Shown here piece after piece: positions 35,416 to 49,494 of a DNA stretch of 64,000 nt. The notes beneath the pieces are model-generated. The model was given only the letters and a program-made list of their open reading frames with translations, was not told the DNA's origin and ran no database searches. Within the stretch, counting starts at the first letter, position 1. The number at the start of each line of letters is the position of its first letter. Location of the stretch: contig OZ316895.1 of assembly GCA_973895155.1 (NCBI GenBank), positions 20,350,803-20,414,802 of the forward strand, in the 5' to 3' direction. The DNA is from Marsupella aquatica (taxonomy: Eukaryota > Plantae > Marchantiophyta). Made by a program: the position numbers and the translations under genes.

Positions 35416-38400
35416 GAAATATCAATCCTCGGTTTGAGATTTGACTGCTCGCATCGGCATCATCCTCAAAGAAGTCCAATGGGGTTCACGAGGCAAAAGT
35501 ATGTCGGTGGTGGTATTCATGTCAAAATGATTCAAGATTCTGCTGCGACTTCGGCGAATTACATATGAATGGATCATTTTGATCGTGATCTTGTTTTTCT
35601 CGGGAGGACCAGAATGATTATTTATAAGAGGAAGGACATCCGGACTGCGTTGTCTACTGCAGTCCTAGGACGAATGAGACACTGGCAGCGTGGCACACCT
35701 ATACCATACTCCCCCACATGTCTGAGGTCGCTTTTTGGCTACGGAAAATGCTCTATAGCGATATATTTTCACAGTACGCTTTTCCCCAAAATCATTTATT
35801 CGGCAGACCAGGTAAATTCCTAATTGTCATGGCATTTGGCTGTCAATATCTTCTTAGTTTCATTCATGTTTTCGTTCTTATGTTTGTTCTATTGAAGATT
35901 ACATTCATGTTGTCGTTTGTAGTGTCTGCTCTACTGAAACTACGCTAGAACTCGCATTGACTGCTGCTGATCAGTGGCGCTTATGTACTGGCAATGGACC
36001 CTTGTATGATCCAGTTTTTTTGTGCTTGTGTTTGGATCAGATTACTACGCTTCCTGTTCCTGGGATCTCTGCATGTAAAAGGGGAGCCCAAGGCATGAAT
36101 TCAGAGTGAAGTAGTTTACATGATTGACATAGCATTCTACTCTGCACGACAAATCTTTCTTCTGAAGGGCTCAAGACAATAATAATGGTCGAAGATTATC
36201 AAAGATAGTCTACAATAGACTTACTCAATGACAATGCAATTTAGGTGGACGGGGCTCCCATTTCGATAAGAGGGTCATTGACGGAGGTCAAATGATATCG
36301 TCTGCTGACAGGGAACGCGAAGAATTAGCGTGGACAGCCATCTCTTTGCACTGCTCGGGAGTTTTCAGATTTCACTTGTAAATGTAGATCTCTCGCCGTC
36401 ACTCTTAAAGCACGCCTTGCGCTCTGCCCTCAGATCTGGTAGCTGCTGCATTCATAGTGTAGTTTGTGTCTATCAGTTCGAGGATTGTTGACACAGTTCT
36501 TCAACTCATCTTACCTTCAGGAGACTCCGATGGTTGATCACGGAAGACTTCACATGTCACCGACACTGCGTTGAAGTCGCAGAATTTGTATCGGGACTTC
36601 GTGCTAGCTACATTCACTCTCTTCTAGGAGCCGTCACTTTCTCCTTCAAAGGGTAGGGACGTCGATTGGTGAGGCGAGGCTCAGTCAAATTAGAGCCGCG
36701 AGAACAGAACACACACATAACAACGGTACAGGGATTTACGAAGAATGGAAGGTTTCTTCAATTAATGATTGATTGATTGATGGTGAATGATTGTACAGTA
36801 GGGCACTTTCCAATCAGCGCTCCAGGTCGGTGGGTGAGATTGAAACATAAGCGGAGCTAAATCTCCGTCTCGATACAATCAATAAGCCACCTCGCCTCCA
36901 CTTTGCAGTGGAATTTAAGAAGACTCAGTCTGTGGCGAAAATTTCATTTTTTTAACCATTTGATTATAGAGGACCTCGACAAGATCAGGACTCCATCAGC
37001 GTGAGTGCAGTCGATCTCGGTCACTGTAATCAGCGCAAATTCTGATTATTCGTAGATATTTTGCTGGTTCGTCAGCTTACGGACTTTTGGTATATCAATC
37101 GACTAGCTAGCCAGCGACCTGGCGCGCGTGCTATTGAGGGACAGAATTTACAGGGAGCATGTTGCCTACTGCTCTCTGGTGATCAAGGTTTCATGCGTCC
37201 ATCGGTTGAGAAGTCGATTGCACGGGTGGTGACGAGCGAACCACGAAGATCTGAGGTAATACTTCCTCTTGAGCTTGAGAGCTAGAAAACAATTAGTCAG
37301 AGTCATTTCTCTTTCTCTGCTTGCAAGAAATCTGTTAGTGCGCAATGCTTCTAGGCCTAGTTGAGAGAGCGGCGAAATACGTAGCGATGGCAGAATGGAA
37401 TCTGAACGAACAGCGAGCTCTCTGAACGATTTGGAATAATTAAGACGCACGGAAAGGATGGCCGGTGTTTCGGTCGATCCGGAGGCTTTTGTGAACTGTA
37501 ACCGAAATTTAGCTCTTGACGTGAAACTACAGATACTCATTTGATCGAGAGTTCCTCCGTCATTACATATGAAGCTTTTTACTCTTTTAATATTGACTTA
37601 GCTCCTCCACTAAGGCTGATACTAGAACGAGCCAGGTGCTCTGGATCAACAGCCTAGCTCCGCTTCATGCGAATTATGTGTCTAGTCCGATCAGATTAGT
37701 AAGAGATAGGTAAGTAAAGTGCGCGACGGGCCGGTATAGTTGTGAAGGTGTTGATGAAGCAAATGTTGTCTGGGGGCGTTTCATTCAGTTGAGAACCCGT
37801 GGGGAAACTGGATGTCGCATGACGCACGGGTTGCCAACCGTGCGGGTGAGTAGGTGGACGAGCCCTACTCGCGTGGAAGAAGGTGAAGGGTAAGTACGGG
37901 GCAGGTCATGTAATGGTTCCAAAAGCCAGATTGAATGTGAAGCAATCTTCCAGGGAAAAGCTAGTGCAAAGAACTGTGCCCCTCGTTATCTTGAAGTGTT
38001 CTCGCCCGTCCCGATTACCGTGGATTTCCTCGACACTTGACCGGCCTAGGAGTTCCAGTTTCAGAGTGATAGAATTTGAAATGATGTTTCTGAGGCAGTC
38101 GGTCCATTCATCGAGGATGTGAGGTGTAAAGTACAGTAGGATTCAGTATCGTAGCAGGCATTGGTTCCGAAGAAATATCTACTACTCAGATTTGATTCTC
38201 TGAATTAGGTGCAGTGTTGATATTGTCGTTGCAGGTGTTGCATTGACATTTACTAGTTTTCATTTCAAACAAACACTCCTCATGATTGCGAGGATTTCCA
38301 AAAGAGAGTCTGATTCATATCTCTTTACGTCTATTTCAGACATCAATTCTTGCAGGCAGGGCACATCACTTTTATCTCATGCTTGTCATGATCGATGCGC

Positions 38401-38577
38401 GAACTTTTTGTTAGCTTCTTGAATATTTCGAACAAAGTTTCGTTGCGTTCATTGCATGAATATACTGCACAGTTGTGCGTCTAATTTAAACGTCGATTGG
38501 CATTTAAATATTGGTCTTGAAAATAGTGCTGGATTACCTATTCCATTGGTCGTCGATATTTTCAAGAATGAAGTCTA

Positions 38578-38741
38578 GTGTTGGGTAGCAGCATGATTGC
38601 ACTCGTATTTCACCTAATTTCGGTCGTTCTTGTGGTCCAGGCCTGGGCGACCCTTACGAAGTCTCGTGTTGGGTAGCAGCATGATTGCACTCGTATTTCA
38701 CCTAATTTCGGTCGTTCTTGTGGTCCAGGCCCGGGCGACCC
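38578..38741. repeat. Near-perfect ~75-bp tandem duplication upstream of the LTP gene
   Basis: gtgttgggtagcagcatgattgcactcgtatttcacctaatttcggtcgttcttgtggtccaggcc(t/c)gggcgaccc occurs at ~38578 and ~38667. Confidence 0.93.
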
Positions 38742-38931
38742 GTAGTGTCTGCTGAATTTCAACTGCTGTTATCCATTCTGGGAGCCGTTTACCTGGGCGA
38801 GAATTGTTCACGGTGCTTCGCAGCTCGCATGACGGTGAACATCCCTTATACCAAAGACGCAAATCCCTGAATTCTGTCGCAGGACGTCGCACAACTTTCC
38901 TTTCGTTTCATATCTCATTCCGAGAAGTAGG

Positions 38932-39489
38932 ATGGCAGGACACAGCGAAAGAAGCACATTGGTCTGCGCGATGCTGCTGATGCTTCTCCTGGGTCACCAA
39001 GGATCCATGGTACAGGCATTGTTACCAGCTTGCGGCTCGATAGGCGACTTACTACCACCATGTTTCGAAAGCACCGCCGGATCCAAGCCCTATCCCATGT
39101 CACCGGTTTCAGACGAGTGCTGCCAGAGTATACGCCGCTTTCGATTCCCTGGCTGTCTGTGCGTCGCTCTTGTGGAAGAAATAGAGAGTTCGAACATAGA
39201 TGAAAGGTCGGCGGTAGCTGCATTGTCCCTTCCCGCAAGTTGTGGCAGGCCATTACCGGCGGGGTTCAACTGCACCGGTACGCGAGCACCTTTCTGAATT
39301 TCATCGAACCTTTGTCGTAGTAGTTTGCCTTCCGACCGGATTTTGCAACTTTCATTTGAGTCTTTGTAATATAATGACCACGAACTGGTATCTAGTTTAG
39401 TTTCCTTGATGTTTACATCGATAAAACCAATTTCACCAATGCACTCTCAGAAATTCGTCCCGAAAACTTGCGCAGGTTTCTCTCGTTGA
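38932..39489 (+). CDS. Non-specific lipid transfer protein (8-Cys motif), probably type D; exons 38932-39277 and 39476-39489
   Basis: Hydrophobic signal peptide and C-C-CC-CLC-C-C pattern. A GT donor lies 4 nt after the last Cys codon (tgc acc g|gt), the position typical of type D/G LTPs. The short second exon (GFSR*) has no GPI signal and is tentative. Confidence 0.85.
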
Positions 39490-41967
39490 GGACCCAGTTT
39501 TCGGATTTATTCCACGTTTGCGGATTGGTTGAAGCATTCGAGAAGTACGTCCACCCACGTACGTTATGTAACGACCTTTACTGTCAACCGCAACGATGTC
39601 GACTACATGATCAGCGAGAATTTCGGATTTGCAATTGAGTTATGGCGACTTGTTATACGAAGCAATTTCAACGTAATCTGGACAAGCTGAGTGGCGTAGC
39701 GTCCCCCAGTAACGTGTACACGACTATCACAGAATTTCCAGAAGTATGGAAAATGTAGATGCTATACATAGAAGATAAACATCATCATACTCTAGAGCGA
39801 CGAGAACTTCCTTCTCGAAACCGGGTCGACACATCGCGTCCTTGAGCTGACTACAGTAGGTGATTGTCCTAAATGCCTGGCTTATCCATGGATCGAAAGG
39901 TATCTAGTTGTTTCTAGCAAGGAGATTGCTCGGAAAAGGAACGACAAATTCGTCGTCTGTGGACCTATAATTTGAGTCGAGCTGATATATACTCAGATAA
40001 CTCTAGTGCTCATCTCACCATTGTTTGTCCCATTCATTACCTGGGTCATGTTCCACACCATCGTCGTGAGTTTTCTGGACTCTCTTCAACATCACTCAAT
40101 CCCCTAGAACATTTCTAGCAGGTTTGCAAGCAATGGATTGTAATCTTTTGAGAGTCCCGAGCTCTCGCAAACAAAAACTTGCAACAACTCTACCACAGAC
40201 AAATAACACACGCAAATTAGTGAAGACACTGATTTGTGGCGGGGAACTTTGGAGGCTTTTGAGAGCTCCTAACCTTGGAAGCATAAACATGCAAAAACAC
40301 CATATAAATGACAGGCACAAATTTGTGCAAGAGCGTGGGAGGTTTTCAGCATGCATGAGAACCTGTAAGGTCATACGCCTCTCCCTTCAAGTCCTGTACT
40401 TGAACCTGAAACAAAGTAACATGGGTCCCGCCCTCCAAGATACTTTCACCCTTTCAGACTCCACAAGGTTCAGTTTATAAAACTAAACTCATCACTATGA
40501 CGACCTCAAGCAATCGTTCAAATCATTTGAGCCATGAGCAGTACAAACGTCGACTCTACATTGAACGGGCCTGAGTCCTACAGTCAGCCGGACACAGTTG
40601 GCATCACACGGTCGCGCCAGGTATTGGTATTTTACTTTTGTCCAAGAATTCGATTACTTGGGGAGACGTTTCGGTGGAGCAAACGTGAGAGCGCAGACTG
40701 TGCAGCATTCAGGATATTAAAGTATTTCCGGTCGTCGCCATATATTTGACCCTCAAAATAATCTCCTAAATTTGCACAATCATAAATTTGAACATAATTT
40801 GACATTTCTTCTTATCTAGTTGAGGAATTGTATGCATCAACGTAGCCACCGCTGGAGCAGCAGAGAAGATAATAAAACCGGCAAGAACCATGAGGACGAG
40901 AACAACACACCTGTATATTAACTCTTTGATTCATATCAGACAACTTACTAATGAGAACAAAATTCCCTCGAGCGAAATACCCAGATATATGAGTCTACGA
41001 CCCACGAGGGACAACAGACTCCCCTGGGGATAATTTTGTGACCCTAGACTTCAACTGGATGAGATTGATCTCAGTCGTATTTCAGGCGAGGGAGAGGTTA
41101 GTCTAGATTCTAAAAACATTTTAGACAACAACGAAGGTCCTTGATGGCGAAGAGGATCACCACCTGGTCTTGACGTGCGGGTATCAGTGATCAAGTGCGT
41201 CTAACGTTGTGGAACAGAAGGTAATGATCAGGTAATTACGCATAGGACCTTGTCCAGTGCCTCAGTGAGAAGCATGAGAAGACTCTAGAGGCCGAAAATG
41301 TCCAGTCGACCTTAATTCACAAATGTACAAAGCGTACGCACAACAGATCCAGAAAGGCTATGTTGCTTACATCCAAATCACAAAACATCCAAACTTTTAA
41401 ACAATCATCTTAAACAAAAGATACAAGTTCAGAGCAATTTGTACCACACTGTCATACAAAATTAAATTGACAAGTCAGCTCAACTACCAGGGTCCATTAG
41501 AGATCACCAAAGCCAGGATGAACTCCTTGTACATTCTCAGATAACTATGCCGGTCCTGTGCAAATCATTTCCTACATAGCTACATCAACGCTGCCGCGGG
41601 TAAACACTCCACTCGAGTAACAATATATCACCTGTTACTGTGTTTACCTCACACTATTAAAATCAGTTACTAAAGTTTCATCCACATCGAAATGCACACT
41701 GTGAAGTGCGAGGAAGAATATCTTCTCATTGGTGGATTATATCAGAAATCGACCATAATTCTCGAGGCTGAAGATTGACTCTGAACTGTGCTAGTTCCAA
41801 CAGAAGCAACCTTCCGCCTACATCCTATCCTAAACAACGACAGACATCACTAAATGTACATTTCACGGAATACACCGGAACATTCGAAAAAAATCTTTTA
41901 TACAAAACTTACATCGGTTCCCTAATTTAGCACTTTATTGAAGAGTCTTGCAGAAGGACGAAGTTGC

Positions 41968-44534
41968 TCAACGAGTAGTAGTACCATATTGATTCGGGGG
42001 TACGTTATTTTGTTGCGTCTGCTGATTGGGCGGGTAGGCCTGCTGATTAGGAGGGTAAGCCTGCTGATTGGGAGGGTACGGTTGCTGGTTGGCCAGGTAC
42101 GCTTGCTGGTTGGCTCCTCCTGCTCGCTGATTTTCGGGAGTCAAAACTGCCTGCAAGTTCTTGACACCCTTGTCGTAATTAACAAATCCCATGTACCAAA
42201 ACTCGAAATTGTCCTTCGTAACGACTTGGATGTATTTCTCAGCAGGCTTATTCTGATTTGTGGATGCATTCACTGCTCCTACCTTGTCGACGGGTACGAT
42301 CACCTGTTGACAAAAACCAGTACAGTGATGTCAGATTACGACTCTATCCTCCCAACGACCAAACCAACCAGGGATCAATGCACCCTTTTACATGTGAGGG
42401 AAATCCTTCAACGAGAACAGAGAAAGGATCAGCCAACTAAAATAACATTCTGGCATCCCGAGCATTCTCCCATACAACGCAGGCGGTACTGCGTTACACT
42501 AGGGCTGCGAGAGGGAAGACTTCACCTTGCACGGTAGATAAAACTTGGGAAGAATGTCCACCACACTCACATACAGGAGACATTCCAAAATTACTTTAGG
42601 AGTTAGTCAGAATTCTACAGCTGGAATTTACCTTATAATAGCTGTAAGCCTGCTGCCCTCCTTCTGAATTGTAGGACAATGGCCGGTCACTGCAGAACGC
42701 GATCTTTTTGTTCGAGATATAGAGAGTGCCTCCAACAGGTCCTGTGGAAGTCGAAAGGAAGCAAGCATATGTCTTCTTCAATTTCTCATCTGCATCTGCC
42801 GGAAACGTTGACTTGAAGACTCCCTCAAAACCTCCTTTCGTGAGGAGCTGCGTCCCTGCAGTCACCCGGCCCCAGGCATTGTCCTTCAACGAAGGTCCGG
42901 TCGATACTGCATTCACAGATTACCAAATTAGAAAACTGTCACTCACTCCATAAGCAAACGGCAGAAGTGCCGCCAGACACAACCAGCTAGACCTTAGAAT
43001 TGTTGGTCTCCACACAATTCACTTTCGACAAGGCAAGGGCAATCTTCAGATTATACTTCCCCTACTCTCACATTGGTCGTTACAAATCTATTTTACGCAA
43101 CCCCAGCTTCAAAATACCATTCAACAGCAGATTCACTGAACGCTAAAACAAGGAATGCAAGATTTGTTTTCAAATGATACGTTTTGCGATTCCAGGTTTT
43201 CACACAGCCTAACCTCAATAATTGCACGCTAGAATTACAGTTCTACAAAATTAATTTGCCTACATAATTCATTACTCTCTCACTTCTTAAAACATATCTG
43301 GAAACCTCTGATCCAGCACAACGTTGCCAGGTAGCACGCTGAGTTAACGAAAAATTGTAACTCAATAGCGTAGGAGTGTAAAAACTTGTGTCAATTCAGC
43401 GCAGGAATTGAGCTGAGGAGTGTTGAACTCACAATGTCCCCATACTCTGTTCATCACTTGCTCAGCTTGCTTGGAATATTCTGCCACCTGGGTCCTAATT
43501 TTGTCCATTGATCCTCCTGCAGACGAAGAAAAACAGCCAAACATAAGAAGAGAATTCCTGAAGAACACTGGGAGACAACATGCGAAGACTTGCAAAGCTA
43601 AGATGAATCTAAAAATGAAAGAACGTACAACTTCACAGAGAAATTTCCGTAGACACGAAAGCCAATTTACAATGGGTGAAAATTCCTACTCTAGATATCA
43701 ATCCCCCGACAATAAGCTACGGACACAAATTATGACTGGCTCCCATATACAACCCCTAGTGAAACATTGAAAACTGGCAGTTCCTAGCAACATTAAATAG
43801 ATTAAGGAAACCGTTTAGGACGCATGGAGGAACCAAATATGTGTCTCCTTCACAACAAATGCAATTTTCCGGTCTGCTGAGGAGAGTATGTCGTACAGAA
43901 GGTGCTAAGTCACGCGTTCGGGTTTGGATTAAAGCTGATGAGTTGAAATATCATGTCAAAAGTTGTAACGGCTTCTAACCCACAAAGCAGTGGAACCAAT
44001 CTTGTCACAGTGACCAACGGAAAGACGGAGGTATAGGAAAGAAATGCACGAATGAGAAGGAAAACAAAAGCACAAAGAGAATTGGATTAAGAGAACACCG
44101 AAGGGGGGGAAACAACCGAAAGGACGAGAGAAATAGAGTATCCTGCAACCTTTCCACAAATTGGGGTGGGCAGCAGAATAAGTACCTTTGGTACCACTGT
44201 TGACGTCAGACGACTGAACGTACGGATCTTGAGGAGCCCGGCCAGAAACACTAGGCCCAGTCTGGCTCTGACTAGCTTGGACTTGCTCCGGGAACGATCC
44301 ACTCCCGTGCCTGCCAGATCCACCTATTCCCCCTGTGGCAGCTTGCTGATTGGCAGGGTGAGCACTAGGGTTGGCCGGTGCTCCCATCACTGGAGTCCCC
44401 CATCGCTGATCCACCTGCGACTGATCACGGTTCATCTGTGGGTATGGCGCATACTCCCCGGAGTGCTGCCCCTGTGGAGGCTGCTGGTATGGGTACGGTG
44501 GTGGCTGCTGGTACTGATTGTTGGTATTTGCCAT
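41968..44534 (-). CDS. GEM-like GRAM-domain protein (347 aa); exons 44534-44186, 43516-43433, 42906-42632, 42303-41968
   Basis: WGH|LSTGPS..AWGR...GGFEGVFK.TF...EKLKKTYACFLSTSTGPVGGTLYIS..IAFCSDRPL..YYK|VIVP...KPAEKYIQVVT.DNFEFWYMGFVNYDK. All junctions are GT-AG and phase-consistent. Confidence 0.95.
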
Positions 44535-47500
44535 CGCTCTCCCTCAACGAATTCTGAAGATAACTTCGACCTGAATCTCACTCAACGAGCCTCAGATGAA
44601 CGTCGATCACACAAATGCTTACTCGCTCACGAACAAACCACTCTCTCACCCTTCACTGTCCACTGCAATCAGATTCAAATCCACTCCTCGATGAACCAGA
44701 ACTAACACAAGAGTGCCCAATAAGCAAACAGTCAATGCTGACAGATGACCTCCACGATTGAAGTACACTCCCAAATGGATCGAAACTAAGCAGAAGCAAT
44801 ATGAGTCAATTCTGAACGATGCAGAGGCATATAAAGCGCATGACAAACAAGTATAAAATCTTAGTCTGCGTCTCTCTCTCTCCCTCTCTCACCCCCTAAC
44901 GGCTGGATTCTGTACTGCGGCACTCGGCAACTGCTCTTGATGGGGAAACTCAACACGCTTGCTTTGCTTGCAATCTCCGAACAGAGGGAAGGGAGCTCAC
45001 TGTAGAACTTTCTAGTCCACCGTATTGCTTTCTTGAGTCGGGGGGGGGGGGGCTCTTGGCTGTCTCTCGGGGACCTTTTGGAAGGAGGCACGTGTACAGC
45101 TGGAGGCTACCGCCATTGGGCACCGTCCACGTATCTGATACTGCCTGAGTCGGCTGGCTCAATTATCCTTCCCACGTAAACCCACCGACTGGACTACTGT
45201 GGTAAAGATAGTAAACCCCTCATGTACTCTTTTTCTTTGTATTTCTTTGGGTGGTGTAATGAGCCATTACACCCTGTCAGTGTGGCCTGGGGTTAGTGAG
45301 ATTTCTGCCCTCTTGGATAGTCCCCTTGTAGGGTTTTCCAATTTCAGGCATAATTTTTGATTTTGGGGTCATGAGAAGGGTTGAACTACACTTGGGGCTT
45401 ATGCCTAGAAATCCATGGCCCCGCCTTGGGGGCCATGACTGCAACGTGTTGTCTCACTGCCCTTTGGAATTACATCCCATAATCCCCTTGGGGCAATGGT
45501 TTAACACATTATTTATCCAGCAAGCTCAATAATTCCTCCCCTCAATCTCTTTTTTGTGTCGGTGAAAAGACATGGAGGGTCACGTAAATTTAATCAAGAA
45601 AACCATTTCTCTCTTTGAAAAGACACAGGCCAAGTAAGTTAAAACAAGAGAGAAGGCCAAGCTATCAAAAACCAACAGCTTTTAAAGTACATTGTCACTA
45701 AAGATGTTTGAATTTACAATATTCCTATTTTGCAAGGGGCGAGAAGTGAATGCGTACTTCTCCTAGTACAATGTGTTTGATGTCTTGAACATTCTGACAA
45801 GAGTCCAGGATTTTCCATATGGAATTTTGTAAAAGGGTTTTGTCTATGTGTTTTCTGGGTTACCTTTCCAGTGTTTTGCATGTCCCTAAATTGATGAAGA
45901 GTAAAATGCCTCCCTCCATCTCATAGTCCACCACCCGCAGTCTCATCATTTTGTGCATTTACAAGCATTTTATTAGCTCTCACAATTTTCTGCTTGAAGT
46001 GAAAATAAGTTTTTCCCTTGATCACGCAATGTCTTGTTTTTGGGTTTTCCTCTCCCTTGTGCAAAATACTCAAAAAATGCTGTAAAGATGACATTCACAA
46101 CGGCAAGCCCATGAACAACTAATGAACAAATAATTGTCATAGAGACAGACATGGTTCATTTCAACAGAGGTTATGTCCATGCAAACACACAAGAGTTTTA
46201 TTGCACTCTAGACCTGTTAGCCATACCAAGTCTCTGTAATGCAAGTTTTTACTATCTCTTAAACCACGCATCGGGGTATTTAAAGCAGCAACGGACTGTA
46301 CGGCCATAAATGCTGGGCAGGGCGCAGGGAAATCCAGGATCGGGGCAGGAGAGATGGCTCACAACTCCAAACTTCACTAAATTTTATTGCAAAAATTATT
46401 TACTCATTTTCGAAACTAAAAACACCCAACTGTAGATCTTGTCGAGAGCTCTCTTTTGCACCCTAGATCGCCTTCTAACGTGGATGGACAAGATTTTAAG
46501 ATGCAATAAACAATGAACGGCAGAGATTGCAAAATCAATGAATCGACGGCCAGGAGCGCTTAGATTTGTTTTATTTTTAATTTGAGAAATATAAACCCAT
46601 TTACAAAACGGAAAAAACCCATCCATAGATCTCCTCGAGGTCTTTCTTTTGAGCCATAGATTGACCAATATGATAGACGGATGAGATTTGTGGAGGCAAA
46701 ACAATCAGACGGCTTAGATCAATATTCCCCCCGAAATTCAAATTTTGAATCCAGCCAATCAGAGCGCACCATTTGTTTTTCTATCATTTCTCCTGAAATA
46801 ATAAACCATTTTGTGTGAGATTTTTTGGAGACATAGATCTCAACAAGACCTACGATTTGAGCCATAGATCACATCCTATGGCTGAGGGTAGGCGCAGCTA
46901 TGAGCGTCGATCGGACGGTGGAGGGCAGACGTTGCTGCGTAGCCCGTCTTTTTGCTGTATGGGATACACTTCGTATGGGGACTCCGCGTTACGCGGAGCC
47001 CCTTATACTCGGATGCGTGGTTTAACTGGTTCCGTGACAATGAGTTTAAGTTCCTCCCATCCAAGCAAACACTACTTCAGGATAAAGTGTGTAGCATGAC
47101 TAACCTAACTAAGTCTGCGACTAAGGGCCCTAATTATGGTTATAATTGTAACTCTAGACCTAAGAGTAAATGCCTACAAAAATGGTAAAATTTTAATATT
47201 CTTAAATTAACCAAGTGCACCCTTCAACAAGCTTATTCTAACCTACCACTCTACTCATCCAAAATTTTGCAAAATGTTGTGCAAAAAGATGGTCATTTGC
47301 ATTGTTGCCTATTGTCCCCAAACATTATGGTATAATTATTATGTAGCCCATAGTACATGTAAAGTACAACTTACTTAGGTATTCTAAGCCAACTTCATTC
47401 ATTATGGGTCTAGGCTCAAGAAAATAGGAACACATAACTCAAAAGATTCTTGTGGATTATGTAGATATGAATACATACATTTATCACATGTTGTAAGGCA

Positions 47501-49494
47501 CCAAGCAACACCTACAATACAGAATCTTGCCAAATCCCTCTCCTTGTCTGTTTACAAATTGAAACAAGAGGGAAGGATACACTAGCGGAGCAATGTTTAT
47601 GTTAAGTTTCAACAATTTTTAAGTTTCAATCATTTTTCTCTTTTTGAGCCTCATGTAAAACCTTTGACCAGCCCTCACAAACCCTAGGCGTCCAATTCCT
47701 AGAGCCCCTCCAATCGCTCAAATGCCATCCTAGATTAAATTTCACCATCACCAAAAATGCCTCTCAACTCTTGCTTTCGATTGTGCATTAACTTATGAGA
47801 TATAATTTTTTTAAATCAATAAGTTTCAACACACCTACTTGTCTTTCAACTTAAACACACATACATAATTTGACACAAAGTTACAACCGGGTTTTGCAAA
47901 ACCTCCTAATCTATGTGTATATAAACCAAAAATTAAAAAAGATATATGTAATTATTATTTTTAATTTTTTTTAAATTTAAATGACCTTGTTTGTTGTAAA
48001 ATGTGTCAACTTTCAATATTTATTACACTTTGCAATTTTATAATCTAAGGTGACCTAATATCTATCCTAGATTAAAAAAACAAATTAGAATGATTAGTCT
48101 AAAATACAGTTAAAAGATTCATTTGTTTGCATACATATCCTTGATTTTGTAAGTTAGGGCCCTAGGATGGTGATCCCATCACAATTTCTTCTACTTATCT
48201 TCATTGAGCCCCTTTTTAGTGCTGATATAGTGCTGACATTGATTGAAAATGCCTCGGAAGACACAATCTATGTGTGATACGGTGTTCAATGGGCCATCAC
48301 TTAAGTGAACATTGCTATTGAGTAAAAGAGCTTTGAAGGTAGGCATAGTTAAAAATAAAATAACAGATATCAAGAAATATGATATACCCTTGCATGTTTA
48401 GTGTAGAGTAGGGTTTAAGGAAATATGAACTACTTTCCTCTTAAACAACCAGAATTCGTTCCCGTTAAGAGCTTGTGAGACCTAAAAGATTGTATTAACA
48501 TACTTTGAGATAGTTAAGCTAACCTATCTCAGATTTTAAGCCTTTACCGACATGCTTAGGTCAGGTGGAAGGAGTTTTTAATACATCCTCAGGTATTGTG
48601 ATGTTTGCATCATCAACAGTGCAATAATCAATTCTAAAAATATAAGAAAACAACCAAAAGCCGGAGGCGTAAAGATAAGATTAGGCGAGCCTTAAATGTC
48701 TCATCTCCTCTCGCCACTTAGCAATCTATGACTAAGTTAGGCACGATTAAGAATCAACAGAGAGTCTGACTAAATTAGGCTGATGCCTAAAGCTCATCTT
48801 TAAAGCCAACCATCTAAGAATTTGTAAAAGATATATATAAGATAGTCCGTATTAACTTTCTGACCTATGTCAAGGCAAAGGTGGTACTGATTATTCCGAA
48901 CTAACTTATTCTTCTATTCAATCCTTCAGATTGCTCTTTTAGGACTACGCAATTTGTGAGTTCTCGTATGGTGTTTCTTCCACTAATACTTAATAAGCCA
49001 TAAGTATTCCCTAGTCAACATGAATCTTTAGACCTTTGCATGATCTCAGGCATGCATTTCCAATCAGCCTAAAGGTTAACTATGACATTGCTAGTCACTT
49101 TACATAGATTTTCTAGCAAGAATGGTCACACACTAATGTCCAAACACAAAGCATAGATAAATATTGATCTATTACTTCTCTTCAAAGAAGGAGACTTTCA
49201 GAAGTGAAATGCAAGTATGAGTAAAATGGTGAAAACTTTCACTCTTATACTTAGGGACAAGTCTCCTATAAACAAAAGTTGAAGAGGTATGACTCTTCAA
49301 TTCCTAACCTAAGTGTAAAAGTAAAAAGTAATGCTAAAGTCTGAAACTAGACTATGAGATAAAGTGCTCAGCAAAAATTCAAAGTCTAATTTTTCCTATA
49401 CTAAGTTTTATAGGGCTTCAAACACGAAACCGGATCAAAAACCGGGTGGGAAATCGGATGGGAAGCCGGTTCAACTTCCGGATGGAATAACTTT

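Noticed and set aside
41938-42537. 199-aa plus-strand ORF (and 44166-44705)
   Set aside because: Antisense to exons of the well-supported GEM-like gene, with no independent protein features.
46981-47001. GC-rich hairpin CTCCGCGTTACGCGGAG as a Helitron 3' end or terminator
   Set aside because: No CTRR terminus at the expected distance on either strand. It may be part of an unclassified TIR, but no partner was found.
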